DNA of 64,000 nt, from IMG/VR virus record IMGVR_UViG_3300042901_002340; one strand, written 5' to 3'. Positions within the stretch are counted from its first letter, which is position 1; the number at the start of each line of letters is the position of its first letter. The notes under the pieces are model-generated. The model worked only from the letters and a program-made list of their open reading frames with translations. It was not told where the DNA came from and did not search any database. Made by a program: the position numbers and the translations under genes. The DNA is from a virus (lineage: Duplodnaviria > Heunggongvirae > Uroviricota > Caudoviricetes). Shown in pieces: positions 25,789 to 36,356 of the stretch.

Positions 25789-27267
25789 TTATTTATTTTT
25801 ATTTTGAAATCTTATTCCCGCATGTGGATTTCCTTTTGCTTTCTTTAAGCTGAAACTATCCTCAGGATTTTTTGTAACTACGAATGCTTTTTCAGGATTT
25901 ACTGATAAACCAACCATTCTCATAAATTCTCTATTCACTAGGAAGGGTGTACTCTTATCTGTTCTGTCGTCTGGAGAAATCTTAACATTAGGAACTATAA
26001 CACCATTGAAATCTATGTCCATCTCAATGATAGGTCTTTTATGTTTTTTGTCACCTACCTCCGGTTCTGAATGACCAACTATTGGATTAACGAATTTCTT
26101 TTTACCTATTGTCCAATAAACTTTGCCACCTTTCTCCTCCACCTTATCCGCATGAACTGTACAAGATTTGGAACCGTTACCAGTATCAAATTTTGCTATA
26201 ATCTCTCCAACTTTTGGGATTTTTAATGTTTCAAGATAACCTATTTCCATATTTGAATATGTCCAATTTTTCTTATTCAGAATATAATCTAAAACATCAT
26301 CAACTATCGGTTTACCTATAGCTTTAGATATTCCCTCCGTTCCTGGGGAAGAATTAACCTCTAATATATAGGGTTTGTTGGTTTTTGAATCTATCATTAT
26401 GTCAACCCCACACCAGTGACATCCAACTGCACTAGCAGCTTTTATTGCTATATCGGAAAGCTCTTTCGTTATCTTGAATTTACCAACAGTTCCTCCCAGT
26501 GAGTAGTTGGTTCTAAAATCTTTTTTAACAGCACCCCTTTTCATAGTTCCAATAATGAATGAATTATTCTTATTATTATTTCTTGGATCTGGGTTAAATT
26601 TCTTAACTACCACCTGTATTCTCAGATCGTAATTGGAGTCTATCTTTTCCTGTATAAGTATCTCATTAGAAGAATCGAGTTTTCTTATGGTTTGATATAC
26701 AGATTTAAGGGAAGCATAAGAATCAACTATGGAAACTCCTATCCCTTGGGTTCCTGACAGAAGTTTCATAATAACCGGGAATTTCCCACCGATAGTTTCC
26801 AAAGCTTTGTCTAGAGAATTTTCATCAGGAACAAGAGCTGACTTAGGAACGGGAAGATCATTAGCTTCCATTATCTGTGATGTAATGAATTTATTTTCAC
26901 AAGCTTCCATAGAAGCTAAGGTATTGACTGTGAAGTATCTAGATTCCTCCAATGTTAAAAGAATCTGTCTGGTATGGGAATTTTCTAGTACCCCTCTTCG
27001 TGGTACAATGACTGTTGAATTTGGATCTATTAGAATTTTTTCCTTACCGGTTTTTAATAAATGCCCATTATAGACTTTCTCTATTATAACATTATTAACA
27101 TCAACTATGTAACATTTAATTCCCCTCTTCTTGCACTCCTTAACAAAGGATTCAGAGGTTTTACTACCTGTTACATTACCAGTAAGAACTACAACTTTTG
27201 TGTTTTCCGTTTTAGCTTCGTTAAGAAAGGAATAAAAGTCCAGTACATTGTTTGATATCATCATCAT
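25789..27267 (-). CDS. rimK: RimK-family ATP-grasp ligase fused to a RimB/retropepsin-like protease domain
   Basis: NKF.T, FPVIMK...GTQG.GV, QEKI, DLRI, FRTNYSLGG, GVDI, LEVNSSPG; C-terminal AKFDTGNG. Confidence 0.88.
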   Translation of the reverse strand: MMMISNNVLDFYSFLNEAKTENTKVVVLTGNVTGSKTSESFVKECKKRGIKCYIVDVNNVIIEKVYNGHLLKTGKEKILIDPNSTVIVPRRGVLENSHTRQILLTLEESRYFTVNTLASMEACENKFITSQIMEANDLPVPKSALVPDENSLDKALETIGGKFPVIMKLLSGTQGIGVSIVDSYASLKSVYQTIRKLDSSNEILIQEKIDSNYDLRIQVVVKKFNPDPRNNNKNNSFIIGTMKRGAVKKDFRTNYSLGGTVGKFKITKELSDIAIKAASAVGCHWCGVDIMIDSKTNKPYILEVNSSPGTEGISKAIGKPIVDDVLDYILNKKNWTYSNMEIGYLETLKIPKVGEIIAKFDTGNGSKSCTVHADKVEEKGGKVYWTIGKKKFVNPIVGHSEPEVGDKKHKRPIIEMDIDFNGVIVPNVKISPDDRTDKSTPFLVNREFMRMVGLSVNPEKAFVVTKNPEDSFSLKKAKGNPHAGIRFQNKNK

Positions 27268-27282
27268 GAATTATTTTCTTAT

Positions 27283-27292
27283 GTATATATCT
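27283..27292 (-). promoter_or_regulatory. putative late promoter AGATATATAC
   Basis: Recurrent motif. Confidence 0.6.
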
Positions 27293-27306
27293 CAGCAATA
27301 ATACAG

Positions 27307-27591
27307 TTATATAAGATCAGTTACGCTACACCTCATATATTTTTTAAGAAGTATCATATTCATAATAGACCATAGATCATCATATATTATCATCTGGTCC
27401 TCCAGAATGAAAAAATCCATAAGCTCCTTTAACCTATCAATTTTTTCATCCTCTGTCATCATTTTATCTCTTAGATACTCCACCCTATTATGTATTATAT
27501 AATTTGCTTCCTCTACAAGCAAAACTATATAATCACCAAAATCGTCGCCATCAAGATTATCAAAAAAATCTTTCATATTAAAATAGGGCAT
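27307..27591 (-). CDS. hypothetical protein
   Basis: Coupled to the polymerase C-half gene. Confidence 0.65.
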   Translation of the reverse strand: MPYFNMKDFFDNLDGDDFGDYIVLLVEEANYIIHNRVEYLRDKMMTEDEKIDRLKELMDFFILEDQMIIYDDLWSIMNMILLKKYMRCSVTDLI

Positions 27592-28723
27592 TAACCATAA
27601 ATAGATTTGGACTTATTTGATTATACCCCATAACCTCAATGAATCTATTTATTGGATCAAGTATAGTTTTTGTGAACTGTTCATCATAGTCCAAAGGAGG
27701 TGCAAATTCATAAGGGAATGTTCCCTGTGGGTATGCAAATATATTGCTATCATTGATATTTTTAGTTTTAACAAAATATAAATTAATCTTATCGCCAGCA
27801 CGAATAAGAGAATATTTTGTTTTGTATACTGAATTGTTAAGGAGATAATTATGATATCCAGATGCTCTGACGTGTATCGGGCATGCCTTAGCAACCTCGA
27901 ATGCAGTTGTATCGTTTAATATCTTATCATAGTTATTAACATTTATGGAAGCAGATATATTCTGTGGTTCTTGTAGCTTAAATTCCTTCTTGATTGATTT
28001 AAGTTCTTTCACAAATTCTCTAATATCAAAAGATCTACCCCTACTAAAGATTAACTTTGTTAAATAAATCAATTTCTCTCGGACAAATGGAGGCGTACCT
28101 CCCTTGATCATCTCAACACCAGTAAATTTAAGCTGCGAGAGTGGCTCCATATGAAGCCCTGAATCATAGACAAGATTCGCAACATATTTTTTCTTCCCGA
28201 GAAATATAGCATTTATAGCAAGAGTCTCTAGTTCAAAATCCTGATAATTTTCAGTTCCCCATTTTTTTGAATAGATATCGAAACATTTTTTAAGATAATC
28301 ATTAAGTCTATACTCGTTTATCTTAATAATTAAATCCTTTGCATCACCCGAATGATCACAAGAGTCAACGACCTCCTGGAAAGTAACATAGTTGGAGTCA
28401 GTATCACCATAAACGACCAGAGGATTAGTAACTCTTTTAACCTGGGTTAATCCAAGTTTTTCGTGTAGTTCGGTGTCAAGATGCCAATGTTCATGGAAAT
28501 ATTTATGTAATATTTTTTCCGAGTATTTGATAAGATCCTGACCCTGTAAGGTTACCGCTTCGGCAACATCCGGATTGAAACAAACAAAATAGTTGTTACC
28601 AATCGCTCCGTAGATGGAGTTCATTGTTAACTTTACAGCTTGCTCTTCGTTCTTATATTCATTCTTAAGCGCGGTGAGCCTCTCTATCTTCTGTTCAATC
28701 TCTTTAATTTCTTCTGGAGTCAT
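27578..28723 (-). CDS. family B DNA polymerase, C-terminal subunit (gp43B-like)
   Basis: Motif B KLTMNSIYG, motif C YGDTDS, KKKY, KFTGVE; lacks the exonuclease domain and motif A. Confidence 0.92.
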   Translation of the reverse strand: MTPEEIKEIEQKIERLTALKNEYKNEEQAVKLTMNSIYGAIGNNYFVCFNPDVAEAVTLQGQDLIKYSEKILHKYFHEHWHLDTELHEKLGLTQVKRVTNPLVVYGDTDSNYVTFQEVVDSCDHSGDAKDLIIKINEYRLNDYLKKCFDIYSKKWGTENYQDFELETLAINAIFLGKKKYVANLVYDSGLHMEPLSQLKFTGVEMIKGGTPPFVREKLIYLTKLIFSRGRSFDIREFVKELKSIKKEFKLQEPQNISASINVNNYDKILNDTTAFEVAKACPIHVRASGYHNYLLNNSVYKTKYSLIRAGDKINLYFVKTKNINDSNIFAYPQGTFPYEFAPPLDYDEQFTKTILDPINRFIEVMGYNQISPNLFMVNALF

Positions 28724-28733
28724 ATATTATCTA

Positions 28734-29501
28734 TTATTTTTCGACCAATCCTATTGCTATCGATGTTGCTGATTGTTCAGAAAATAAAACGAGCCTGTTA
28801 TCATGAACATAAACATCGCAAGATTCAGATTCCATGTAACCAAGCTGACTCTTATAGATATTCGCTGCTTCCTTTTCGCTATCGTCCAAAATTATCTCAC
28901 TCGATCCTATGTTTAGTTTGTAATTGAATGAGTTACCTATTGCATGAACAGTTTTTTCATCTATGTCAAAACAAAGTATCTCCTGGTTATCACTTTCCAT
29001 TCCACAAAGAGAAGCTATGGTTGTAAAGTCTGATTGATACATTTTAAAATTTACAAGACAATCCTCCTTAGAATGAACCATAGATAGTATTTTATCCTCA
29101 ACATAAGAAAGCATAGTAAGATCAGAACATCTTAATCTGATGGTTAATGCAGGGGAAACCAATCTCAATTCAGTAGAAACGCTCGAATCATCAACAGTTG
29201 CAACATCAAGTTCCAAATTAACCTCCTCCTCAGGTCTAAAATGTTTAAAAGCCTCCATCAATCTAGTAACATCATTAAGACCAATTTTAACACGATCGTG
29301 CTTTATCGAGCTCCAATCGAAATCGGTTTCAAAAACTTTATCGAGATCCAGACTGGAGTATTTCATCGTAGCTTTATCTGGTGTATGTACTTTTGAAAAA
29401 ATACTATCTGGAGTTATCTCCAGTATAACACTTTTTTCAACGGTCTTTAGTCTTTTCAAAAAGACAATTAAATTAGGTATACTTGTTATTCTTAACCTCA
29501 T
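28734..29501 (-). CDS. putative sliding clamp (gp45-like)
   Basis: 255 aa, acidic, beta-rich, directly upstream of the polymerase subunit. Confidence 0.55.
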   Translation of the reverse strand: MRLRITSIPNLIVFLKRLKTVEKSVILEITPDSIFSKVHTPDKATMKYSSLDLDKVFETDFDWSSIKHDRVKIGLNDVTRLMEAFKHFRPEEEVNLELDVATVDDSSVSTELRLVSPALTIRLRCSDLTMLSYVEDKILSMVHSKEDCLVNFKMYQSDFTTIASLCGMESDNQEILCFDIDEKTVHAIGNSFNYKLNIGSSEIILDDSEKEAANIYKSQLGYMESESCDVYVHDNRLVLFSEQSATSIAIGLVEK

Positions 29502-29522
29502 TTTTATTAAAATATTTAATTA

Positions 29523-30926
29523 TTAAAATTCCTCTTTTTCTTCCTCCCCTGTTTCTTCAAATTCATCCTCAAGAACCCTGAATATCTCTATTCCATCATC
29601 ATGTTGAGTTTCAAATAAACTATTTTGTATCTTCTTTGACGCGCCATCTCCAAGTTTCTCAACATCCAATGAAACTTTCTTATAAACTTTCTCCTGAGCG
29701 GATATAGATTTCTTAATCTTTTCAATCTCTTTTTTTATAGAGTCTATAGCTTCCTTGGTTTCCTTAATGTATTCAGGTGAAAGCTTTACTATCTCTATTC
29801 TCTGCAATCTTGAGGATACCCAAGAAGGAAAGTCCGACAAGAATTTAATTATCTCATCATTTTTTCTTTTCTTCTCAATCATAAAATTTAGAAATGTCAA
29901 TTTAGCTTCCAGAAAAGAAAGCTCCCTGATATTATCTTCATTATCTCTTACTATTCTTTTAAGTTTAACCAATTCAAGGTGCTGCTTAAAATGATCAAGA
30001 TATTCCTTAACAGATCCGAATTCCATCACATTACCATCTCTAACAAATATAACATCCTCCTTAACTATGATCTTGGTAAGCTTAGAAATATGATCCGCTA
30101 CAGAGGAGAACGTTTCAGGAGTAACATTTCCTTTTATCTGAACAGCCAATTCACATTTACTTTGAGATTTATTTTCTATTCTGTAATCATATCCGGATTT
30201 CTCCAACTTCAACTCTAGTTTATTTATAAAGCTATCATATCTCATTACTGGGGGAAGATCGAATATTCTTATTATCTTTCTTTGTGAATCGACCTCAAAA
30301 CCGCTCTCTAGCAGCCATGAATTGTCCTCATTCATATATTTGCTTATCTTTCCGCTAAAGTCCTTAAAATGGGGCTTTAAAAGCTTTGTAGAGCCCTGTA
30401 GATATTCAATTATATCCTCAAATTTTCTAGGAAGTATGTTACTTCTATATCCAACCGCTATACCAACTATATGTGTCAATAAGCCAATCGGAACTTCCAC
30501 GTGAACCCAATCATGTCCACCCTCCTCGTTCTTTTCGTTTAAGTCGGAATTTTTAGATATTATCTCTCTTATCTTTTGATTTATTTTGACAGCAGTATAT
30601 CTTGGTGCGGAAGGACTTGGGTTTACCGGAGAACCGAAAAATCCATCACCTTCCAATATACCATAAGAGCATCCAAAAGGTCTAGCCAATTTAGAAATTG
30701 CACCAGCCAAAGAGGAATCACCATGATGATATAAACCGGTTTTTATTACTTCCCCGACAAGACCAACAGTCTTACTAAATCTACTTGGAGAATTTTCCAA
30801 TATAAGCCTTTGTACGGGAGTTAGTGAATCATAGAAATTTGGTATACCTCTACTTTGCAAAACATAAAGAGCATAGGATCTATATTGAGTGTTTATTTGA
30901 TCCGTAATGGTTAAATGCTTGTTCAT
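29523..30926 (-). CDS. type II topoisomerase, breakage-reunion subunit (gp52/GyrA-like)
   Basis: RGIP..YDSL.PVQR, YHHGDSS, G.FGS, catalytic SAPRYT, GIAVGY. Confidence 0.92.
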   Translation of the reverse strand: MNKHLTITDQINTQYRSYALYVLQSRGIPNFYDSLTPVQRLILENSPSRFSKTVGLVGEVIKTGLYHHGDSSLAGAISKLARPFGCSYGILEGDGFFGSPVNPSPSAPRYTAVKINQKIREIISKNSDLNEKNEEGGHDWVHVEVPIGLLTHIVGIAVGYRSNILPRKFEDIIEYLQGSTKLLKPHFKDFSGKISKYMNEDNSWLLESGFEVDSQRKIIRIFDLPPVMRYDSFINKLELKLEKSGYDYRIENKSQSKCELAVQIKGNVTPETFSSVADHISKLTKIIVKEDVIFVRDGNVMEFGSVKEYLDHFKQHLELVKLKRIVRDNEDNIRELSFLEAKLTFLNFMIEKKRKNDEIIKFLSDFPSWVSSRLQRIEIVKLSPEYIKETKEAIDSIKKEIEKIKKSISAQEKVYKKVSLDVEKLGDGASKKIQNSLFETQHDDGIEIFRVLEDEFEETGEEEKEEF

Positions 30927-30982
30927 ATAAAGATTTTATTATTTTATGTTCATTTTTGATATTGTTTCTTAACTTTTTTAAA

Positions 30983-31324
30983 TTATTTGGAATCTTGATT
31001 TCTGTCAATCACTACAGTATTTCTACTATGTAAAAAAACAAGCAAAGATTCAATAATAACTCCGCAGGAGCTTTGCACAAACGGGAATATAAAATAATTT
31101 ACCCAAATTGGTAAGCCAAATAAGGGATCAAGATTACCCATATAATTTAAAACACCAAAAAGAAATACACCAACCCAAAATCCAAGACACCTTACACACG
31201 TCATAAGTTTGGAGATTTTTGGGCTTTTTACCAATAGATAATTTCTTATCGGATCTAGGATATCCGCATTGACTATGGTTGATGTTATACACCAACCCAC
31301 AAATACTATAAAAATTAAGTTCAT
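30983..31324 (-). CDS. DUF1360-like membrane protein
   Basis: L.TC..C.GFWVG with TM helices. Confidence 0.65.
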   Translation of the reverse strand: MNLIFIVFVGWCITSTIVNADILDPIRNYLLVKSPKISKLMTCVRCLGFWVGVFLFGVLNYMGNLDPLFGLPIWVNYFIFPFVQSSCGVIIESLLVFLHSRNTVVIDRNQDSK

Positions 31325-32358
31325 TATGAAAAGTGTTCAAGAGCTTTTATCTGCTCTTCGTTTAAATCTGTTGGTATTTTTATGTTGGCTTTAACTAATA
31401 TGTCACCACATCCAAAGCCGTTAAATTCAGGTATACCCTTACCCGGTAATCTGAAGATTCTACCTGATGAAGTCCCAGCAGGTATTCTTATTCTATATGC
31501 AGATTCTCTAAGATTACTAATTTCTATTTCTGTACCAAGACAAGCTTCCTTAAATGATATATTTGCCTCATGCACAAGATTATTACCATCTCTAGTATAA
31601 ACCGGATGTAGAAATTCATTAATGTTAACTATAAGATCGCCTGGATTGCAAGGTGACTTTATCCAATCACCCTTGCTCATAACCATATACGAAACACCAG
31701 ATATTGATCCCTTAGGTATGTTTATCTCTATTTCCTCGTCCTTCCTTATTGTTCCGCTACCGTGACAGAATGAACATTTATGTTCCGAATATTTACCACT
31801 ACCTTCACATCTATAGCAATCCTCTATAACAGACATATCACCAAAAGCATGTCTAACAGTTCTTGACTTCTTACCAAGTCCTCCACAGTCAGTACATTCT
31901 GTACTATTACCGAATTCTGATCCTGTACCATTACAATCCAAACACTGAACCGCCCTGTTGGTCCTAACTTTTTTTGTTGCTCCCGTCATCATCTCCTCGA
32001 GAGTTATTGTGACATGAACATTTATATTATTCCCCTTCCTTATTGTTTGGTTAGGTACGTGACCTCTACCTGGGCTCCAGAAGTTACCAAAATCTGCGTT
32101 CTGGAATGGATTTCCCTGATTTGTTCCCCCCCAATTAAAGCTTCCGCTAAAAGGATTTGGGTTATCATACTTTGCTTTTTTTTCCGTGTCGGAAAGTACT
32201 TCATATGCCTCATTAACCTCCTTAAATCTTGATTCAAGTTCAGGATCATTTCCGGTTTTATCCGGATGATATTTAACAGCTAATTTTCTATATGCCTTTT
32301 TTATGTCATCTGCTGTTGCATTTCTATCCAGACCCAGCGTTTTATAGTGATCAGTCAT
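31324..32358 (-). CDS. dnaJ: DnaJ chaperone
   Basis: J-domain HPD, G/F region, four CxxCxGxG repeats, GDL. Confidence 0.95.
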   Translation of the reverse strand: MTDHYKTLGLDRNATADDIKKAYRKLAVKYHPDKTGNDPELESRFKEVNEAYEVLSDTEKKAKYDNPNPFSGSFNWGGTNQGNPFQNADFGNFWSPGRGHVPNQTIRKGNNINVHVTITLEEMMTGATKKVRTNRAVQCLDCNGTGSEFGNSTECTDCGGLGKKSRTVRHAFGDMSVIEDCYRCEGSGKYSEHKCSFCHGSGTIRKDEEIEINIPKGSISGVSYMVMSKGDWIKSPCNPGDLIVNINEFLHPVYTRDGNNLVHEANISFKEACLGTEIEISNLRESAYRIRIPAGTSSGRIFRLPGKGIPEFNGFGCGDILVKANIKIPTDLNEEQIKALEHFS

Positions 32359-32704
32359 TATTCTGTATGGATTTAAAAATGTCCTTTATTTTTATGGATG
32401 CCTCACCAGGATCTATAATTCCTCTATTCTCCCACTTGACTTTAAGAGGTTCCGAAAGATTCTTTATTTCTAGACATGTTTCATAATTCTCAACTCTCTC
32501 CCAGTACTTCAGCATTCTATTTATAAATGAATCTATCTGATCCGGATTGTCGAAGACATAAACAAGATCACTCATTCTATCTCTCAGAGAATTTAAGAAT
32601 ATGTCATGTATGGATCTTTCAACGTGTTTTTTTAATATTTCATATTGAGGATGCGTTGGAAATCCACCAATGCCTTGTCCATTAAAACTAATCATTCCCA
32701 TCAC
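32351..32704 (-). CDS. small protein with UVR-like motif
   Basis: [14 protein letters not shown]. Confidence 0.65.
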   Translation of the reverse strand: MMGMISFNGQGIGGFPTHPQYEILKKHVERSIHDIFLNSLRDRMSDLVYVFDNPDQIDSFINRMLKYWERVENYETCLEIKNLSEPLKVKWENRGIIDPGEASIKIKDIFKSIQNND

Positions 32705-32921
32705 CTTGCAATTTTTCTTTTATCTTGGAGAAAAATTCAAAATCTGATAGAAACAAAAAATCGGAAACAAGGGAATCTACCCTTTCCTTTCCAAAATTTT
32801 CTATCAAATAATTGTATTTAACTTCCCCCTCTATAACTCTATCCAAGCTATATTTTATATCAGGATTATTTACATTATTAGATAATGAATCCTCAAATTC
32901 CTGTATTACATTCTTGTTCAT
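32688..32921 (-). CDS. hypothetical protein
   Basis: Coupled ORF. Confidence 0.6.
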   Translation of the reverse strand: MNKNVIQEFEDSLSNNVNNPDIKYSLDRVIEGEVKYNYLIENFGKERVDSLVSDFLFLSDFEFFSKIKEKLQGDGND

Positions 32922-33855
32922 ATATTGGTAATTTTTTTTGCTCCATCATATCGAAATATCTCAATAGAGCTTTCTCTTTCATTTTTATTTCGAATTCTAT
33001 ATCGAATATAAGGTCATAAGTTTCGGGTCCTCTCCAAACCCAATCTGAGTGAGCAACCTCCTTAGCTGAAGCATCTTCGAATAATTTTTTAGAATCTGAA
33101 TAATGGGTTATCGCTGGTATTTCTTCAGGCCACGTTGATAAGCAAACTCTAAGTGATTCTTCTTCTGAAAGCGTCTCTGGAGGATTACATTCATTATGCA
33201 GATAATCAAACGTAACAGGTATTCCAATTTTAGAATAAACCATCCTGTGTAAGTCAACCGATGTATATTGTGACCTTTTATCATCAACCTCAACAACCAA
33301 TCTCGATCTAACAGAATCTGGTAAAAGTGAAAAGTTCTCACAGAATCTATTAGCTGCACTTTCCTTGTCTGGTTTTGTGGTATTAACGTGTATGTTTATT
33401 GGATAATAAACGGATCTATCCAATCCCATCATATCCATTATTTCACCGTGCTGCGATAATTCCTTTATAGCCTTAATGACCACATCAGGTCTTTCAGATG
33501 CAAGTACGCCATAAGGCGACGGATGGAAGGTTATTCTTTGATCCACAGATTTGGCAAATTCACCACACTCTTTTAATATCGCCAATATTTCCTCATAATC
33601 TTTAAGATGACTGATTTCATACTCAGAACACCAGGGAAACATATCACTAGACATCCTATACATTTTTATAGAATTAGCTTCGTTCCACTCCAATATGGTT
33701 TTAAGATCTTTTACATTCTGTAGTGAAAGATCTGAAACGTAATTCAATCCACGTTCAAGAAAAGTTTTCTTAACCATTCCCCTATTTGTAGTGACTTTAT
33801 TCTTACTCTCTGAGAGAGTCATGTTAATGCAGCAGTAACCTAATTTTCTATCCAT
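32893..33855 (-). CDS. uvsE: UV-damage endonuclease
   Basis: LGYCCIN, MYRMSSDMFPW, RITFHP, INIH, RLVVE.DD, FDYLH, HYS, AHSD, EIKMKE. Confidence 0.93.
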   Translation of the reverse strand: MDRKLGYCCINMTLSESKNKVTTNRGMVKKTFLERGLNYVSDLSLQNVKDLKTILEWNEANSIKMYRMSSDMFPWCSEYEISHLKDYEEILAILKECGEFAKSVDQRITFHPSPYGVLASERPDVVIKAIKELSQHGEIMDMMGLDRSVYYPINIHVNTTKPDKESAANRFCENFSLLPDSVRSRLVVEVDDKRSQYTSVDLHRMVYSKIGIPVTFDYLHNECNPPETLSEEESLRVCLSTWPEEIPAITHYSDSKKLFEDASAKEVAHSDWVWRGPETYDLIFDIEFEIKMKEKALLRYFDMMEQKKLPIYEQECNTGI

Positions 33856-33869
33856 GTTATTTTTTTATG

Positions 33870-33877
33870 CAAATATA
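33870..33877 (-). promoter_or_regulatory. Bacteroidota sigma-70 type -7 element
   Basis: TTTTTAATGTCGA...TATATTTG-CATAA. Confidence 0.65.
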
Positions 33878-33904
33878 AATTATTTATTCGACATTAAAAA
33901 ATAA

Positions 33905-35689
33905 TTACATTGAACTTAGCCATTTTTTTCTTTCACTTGACAATTTACCGAATGCCATCTCTAGGTGTTTTTTTGTTCCTGCATCTTCTCTTAAAACTGT
34001 TACCCTTCTATTACTCATTACATGATCCCAATCCTCCAAGGATAAAGATCCAAGTCCCTTAAGATATCTAACGTTATTTTTATCCCCCTTAGACTTCTTA
34101 AATTCATCAAGTGAATAATAATATTTTTTAACTCTATCTCCAACAGTTACTAGTGGGGTATCCAAGAAATGTATTCTATTCTGTTTTATCATCCATGGAA
34201 ACCACGTATAGAATAGATTTATAAGAAGTGATGTGATATGTGCACCATCAGGATCCTGGTCAGTCGCAATAACAACCTTCTCAAATGGACAAGTTAAATT
34301 CTGTCCCTCCGGATCCAGGTTTAATATCTGCATTAGCTCTAATATCTCCCTATTGTCTGATAAATCAGAAAGACTTCTAGCATTCTTTATTTTACCCTTT
34401 AGTGCATAGACACCATCCTTTTTGGGATCTCTTTTCTGCAGTATTGATCCCATCGCACTTAATCCTTCAACTATAAAAAGATTCTCAGCCCTCATAGCTG
34501 TGGGTGGAAAATACTTATTAGAATTCTTTATTCTAATACCTTTCTTCTCTTTCCTAATTTTTTTAAGTTCTGATTCCTTCCTTCTGTCATCTACCGATTT
34601 TTTAATTTTCTTGTAAACATCGCTTTTAAAGAATTTATTCAAAACTGAATCAAAGTGTCTCATTATGGTCGGTTCAACCTCTTCCCTTTTTGAAACAAAC
34701 TTCGTTTTATTCTGATCACCAAATCTAACTATACTTGGAGACATATTTAAAATGATTAGGGTGTCATAAAAATGATGACCCAAGGTATCGTCAAGTTCTA
34801 TGTTTATTTTGTCCTGTATAATCTTTTGATGTATTCCCGTACAAAGTGCACTATTAACAAAAGAAAAAGTTCCAGATTCAGGTTTTTTTTCCCATATTAG
34901 GATCTCTCCGATATTTGCTTTCGCAGACCAATCTGGTTTAAGACCTGATTGTATCGTTTCACTTTTACCATTCCATATGAATTCTATCTTGAGGGAAGCT
35001 GTTTTCTCTTCAGTTTCAAGAACTCTCTTTTTTAAACAAAGATATGATATTATGGTTGAATAGTCCCATTTTGAGTTATCAAATACGGATGAATTTGGTA
35101 TAAATGAAACTCTGGTACCAGTTTTTGTTCCCTTCTTTTTTGTAGTTATTGTTGGGGTATTTGATTTGAAAGATTTCCAGGTTTGCAGATAGGTTTCTGT
35201 CGAGTTGGTTGTTTCAATTTCGAAAGTATTGGAGAGTGCATTAACCAGAGATACACCCATACCATTAGTACCCACTATTGATTCAGCTATGTCATCATTA
35301 TCAAAATTTGATCCAGCTCTAAGCATAGAAACTGCAGTCTCTATATTTGTCAACTTACTTTTCTTGTTAATAACTGATCCGTTATTAAAGCCATCACCAG
35401 TATCAGTTATGGAAACAAGATTCTCTTTGCTATCTACTTCGACGATTATCGTCTTCATCGGCGTAGACATCCTTTTCGCTTCGTCTACGGAATTTGCAAA
35501 CACCTCATCGAACAATTTATACATTCCGATGGAATGTTCCTTATTCACTGCCTTAATGAAGCCATCGCCTATTATGGGTAATGTTTCCTCACTCTTCTTA
35601 ACAGATCCGACATACATGGTCGGTCTTTTTATGATGTGCTCAAAATCTGTAAGTACCTCTATAGTTTTATTGACCTTCTTATTATCCAT
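33905..35689 (-). CDS. type II topoisomerase ATPase/TOPRIM subunit (gp39+60/GyrB-like)
   Basis: EHIIKRP.MYVGS, E...NSVDE, DTGDG, GTNGMG, VEGLSA, TDQDPDG, YLKGLGS. Confidence 0.95.
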   Translation of the reverse strand: MDNKKVNKTIEVLTDFEHIIKRPTMYVGSVKKSEETLPIIGDGFIKAVNKEHSIGMYKLFDEVFANSVDEAKRMSTPMKTIIVEVDSKENLVSITDTGDGFNNGSVINKKSKLTNIETAVSMLRAGSNFDNDDIAESIVGTNGMGVSLVNALSNTFEIETTNSTETYLQTWKSFKSNTPTITTKKKGTKTGTRVSFIPNSSVFDNSKWDYSTIISYLCLKKRVLETEEKTASLKIEFIWNGKSETIQSGLKPDWSAKANIGEILIWEKKPESGTFSFVNSALCTGIHQKIIQDKINIELDDTLGHHFYDTLIILNMSPSIVRFGDQNKTKFVSKREEVEPTIMRHFDSVLNKFFKSDVYKKIKKSVDDRRKESELKKIRKEKKGIRIKNSNKYFPPTAMRAENLFIVEGLSAMGSILQKRDPKKDGVYALKGKIKNARSLSDLSDNREILELMQILNLDPEGQNLTCPFEKVVIATDQDPDGAHITSLLINLFYTWFPWMIKQNRIHFLDTPLVTVGDRVKKYYYSLDEFKKSKGDKNNVRYLKGLGSLSLEDWDHVMSNRRVTVLREDAGTKKHLEMAFGKLSSERKKWLSSM

Positions 35690-35740
35690 CTTTAATTTTT
35701 ATGTTTAATATTATATGCTTTTTCAAAAATTAATTTCAAT

Positions 35741-35771
35741 AAAAAACCCTCAATGTTTATTGAGGGTTTTT
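35741..35771. terminator. rho-independent terminator
   Basis: AAAAACCCTCAAT-GTTT-ATTGAGGGTTTTT. Confidence 0.85.
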
Positions 35772-35787
35772 AATTATGTTATTCGTA

Positions 35788-36324
35788 TTAAGAATAAAAA
35801 ACTTCTTCTATTTGTTTAGGTTCAATGAAAGTTGAAAAATAAGAAACTGATTCAGGGGAAGAAAAAGCTTCCTTTTTCTTGGATGAAGGTATTCCTATTA
35901 TATAATCAATACCATCTAAATTAGTAACACCAGTAACTATATACTCGCTGTCTATGAATAGATTTCTACCCTCTCCACCGTATATATTATCATCCGGTGC
36001 AACATCAGCAGCTTCAACCCTGCTACCTCTAATAGCGTATTGTTCCTTCTCTATTCTTTTTCTTTCTGCATCAAGAGTATCGATGATATGCTGAGGTGCT
36101 TTTTTTCCCTGTGTTGGTAGATCTACAATCATGCTGATTTCCTCCAACTGACCAGTTTTTTGCTGATCTAATAAATCGCTTATATATGAAAATATTTTCG
36201 TTGTTGATACCTCATCTTCAGGATCATTAGAAGGACTTCTTCTAAAATCATCGGCGTTATAAACAGGTATACCGGCCTCATCCAATCCCTCATAGGATTC
36301 AAATTCTAGTAGGTGCTTCATCAT
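35788..36324 (-). CDS. putative head-internal protein
   Basis: MKHLLEFESYEGLDE N-terminus. Confidence 0.7.
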   Translation of the reverse strand: MMKHLLEFESYEGLDEAGIPVYNADDFRRSPSNDPEDEVSTTKIFSYISDLLDQQKTGQLEEISMIVDLPTQGKKAPQHIIDTLDAERKRIEKEQYAIRGSRVEAADVAPDDNIYGGEGRNLFIDSEYIVTGVTNLDGIDYIIGIPSSKKKEAFSSPESVSYFSTFIEPKQIEEVFYS

Positions 36325-36337
36325 TTAACTTTTTATT

Positions 36338-36347
36338 CTATATATCT
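36338..36347 (-). promoter_or_regulatory. putative late promoter AGATATATAG
   Basis: Recurrent motif. Confidence 0.6.
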
Positions 36348-36356
36348 AGAATTTGA

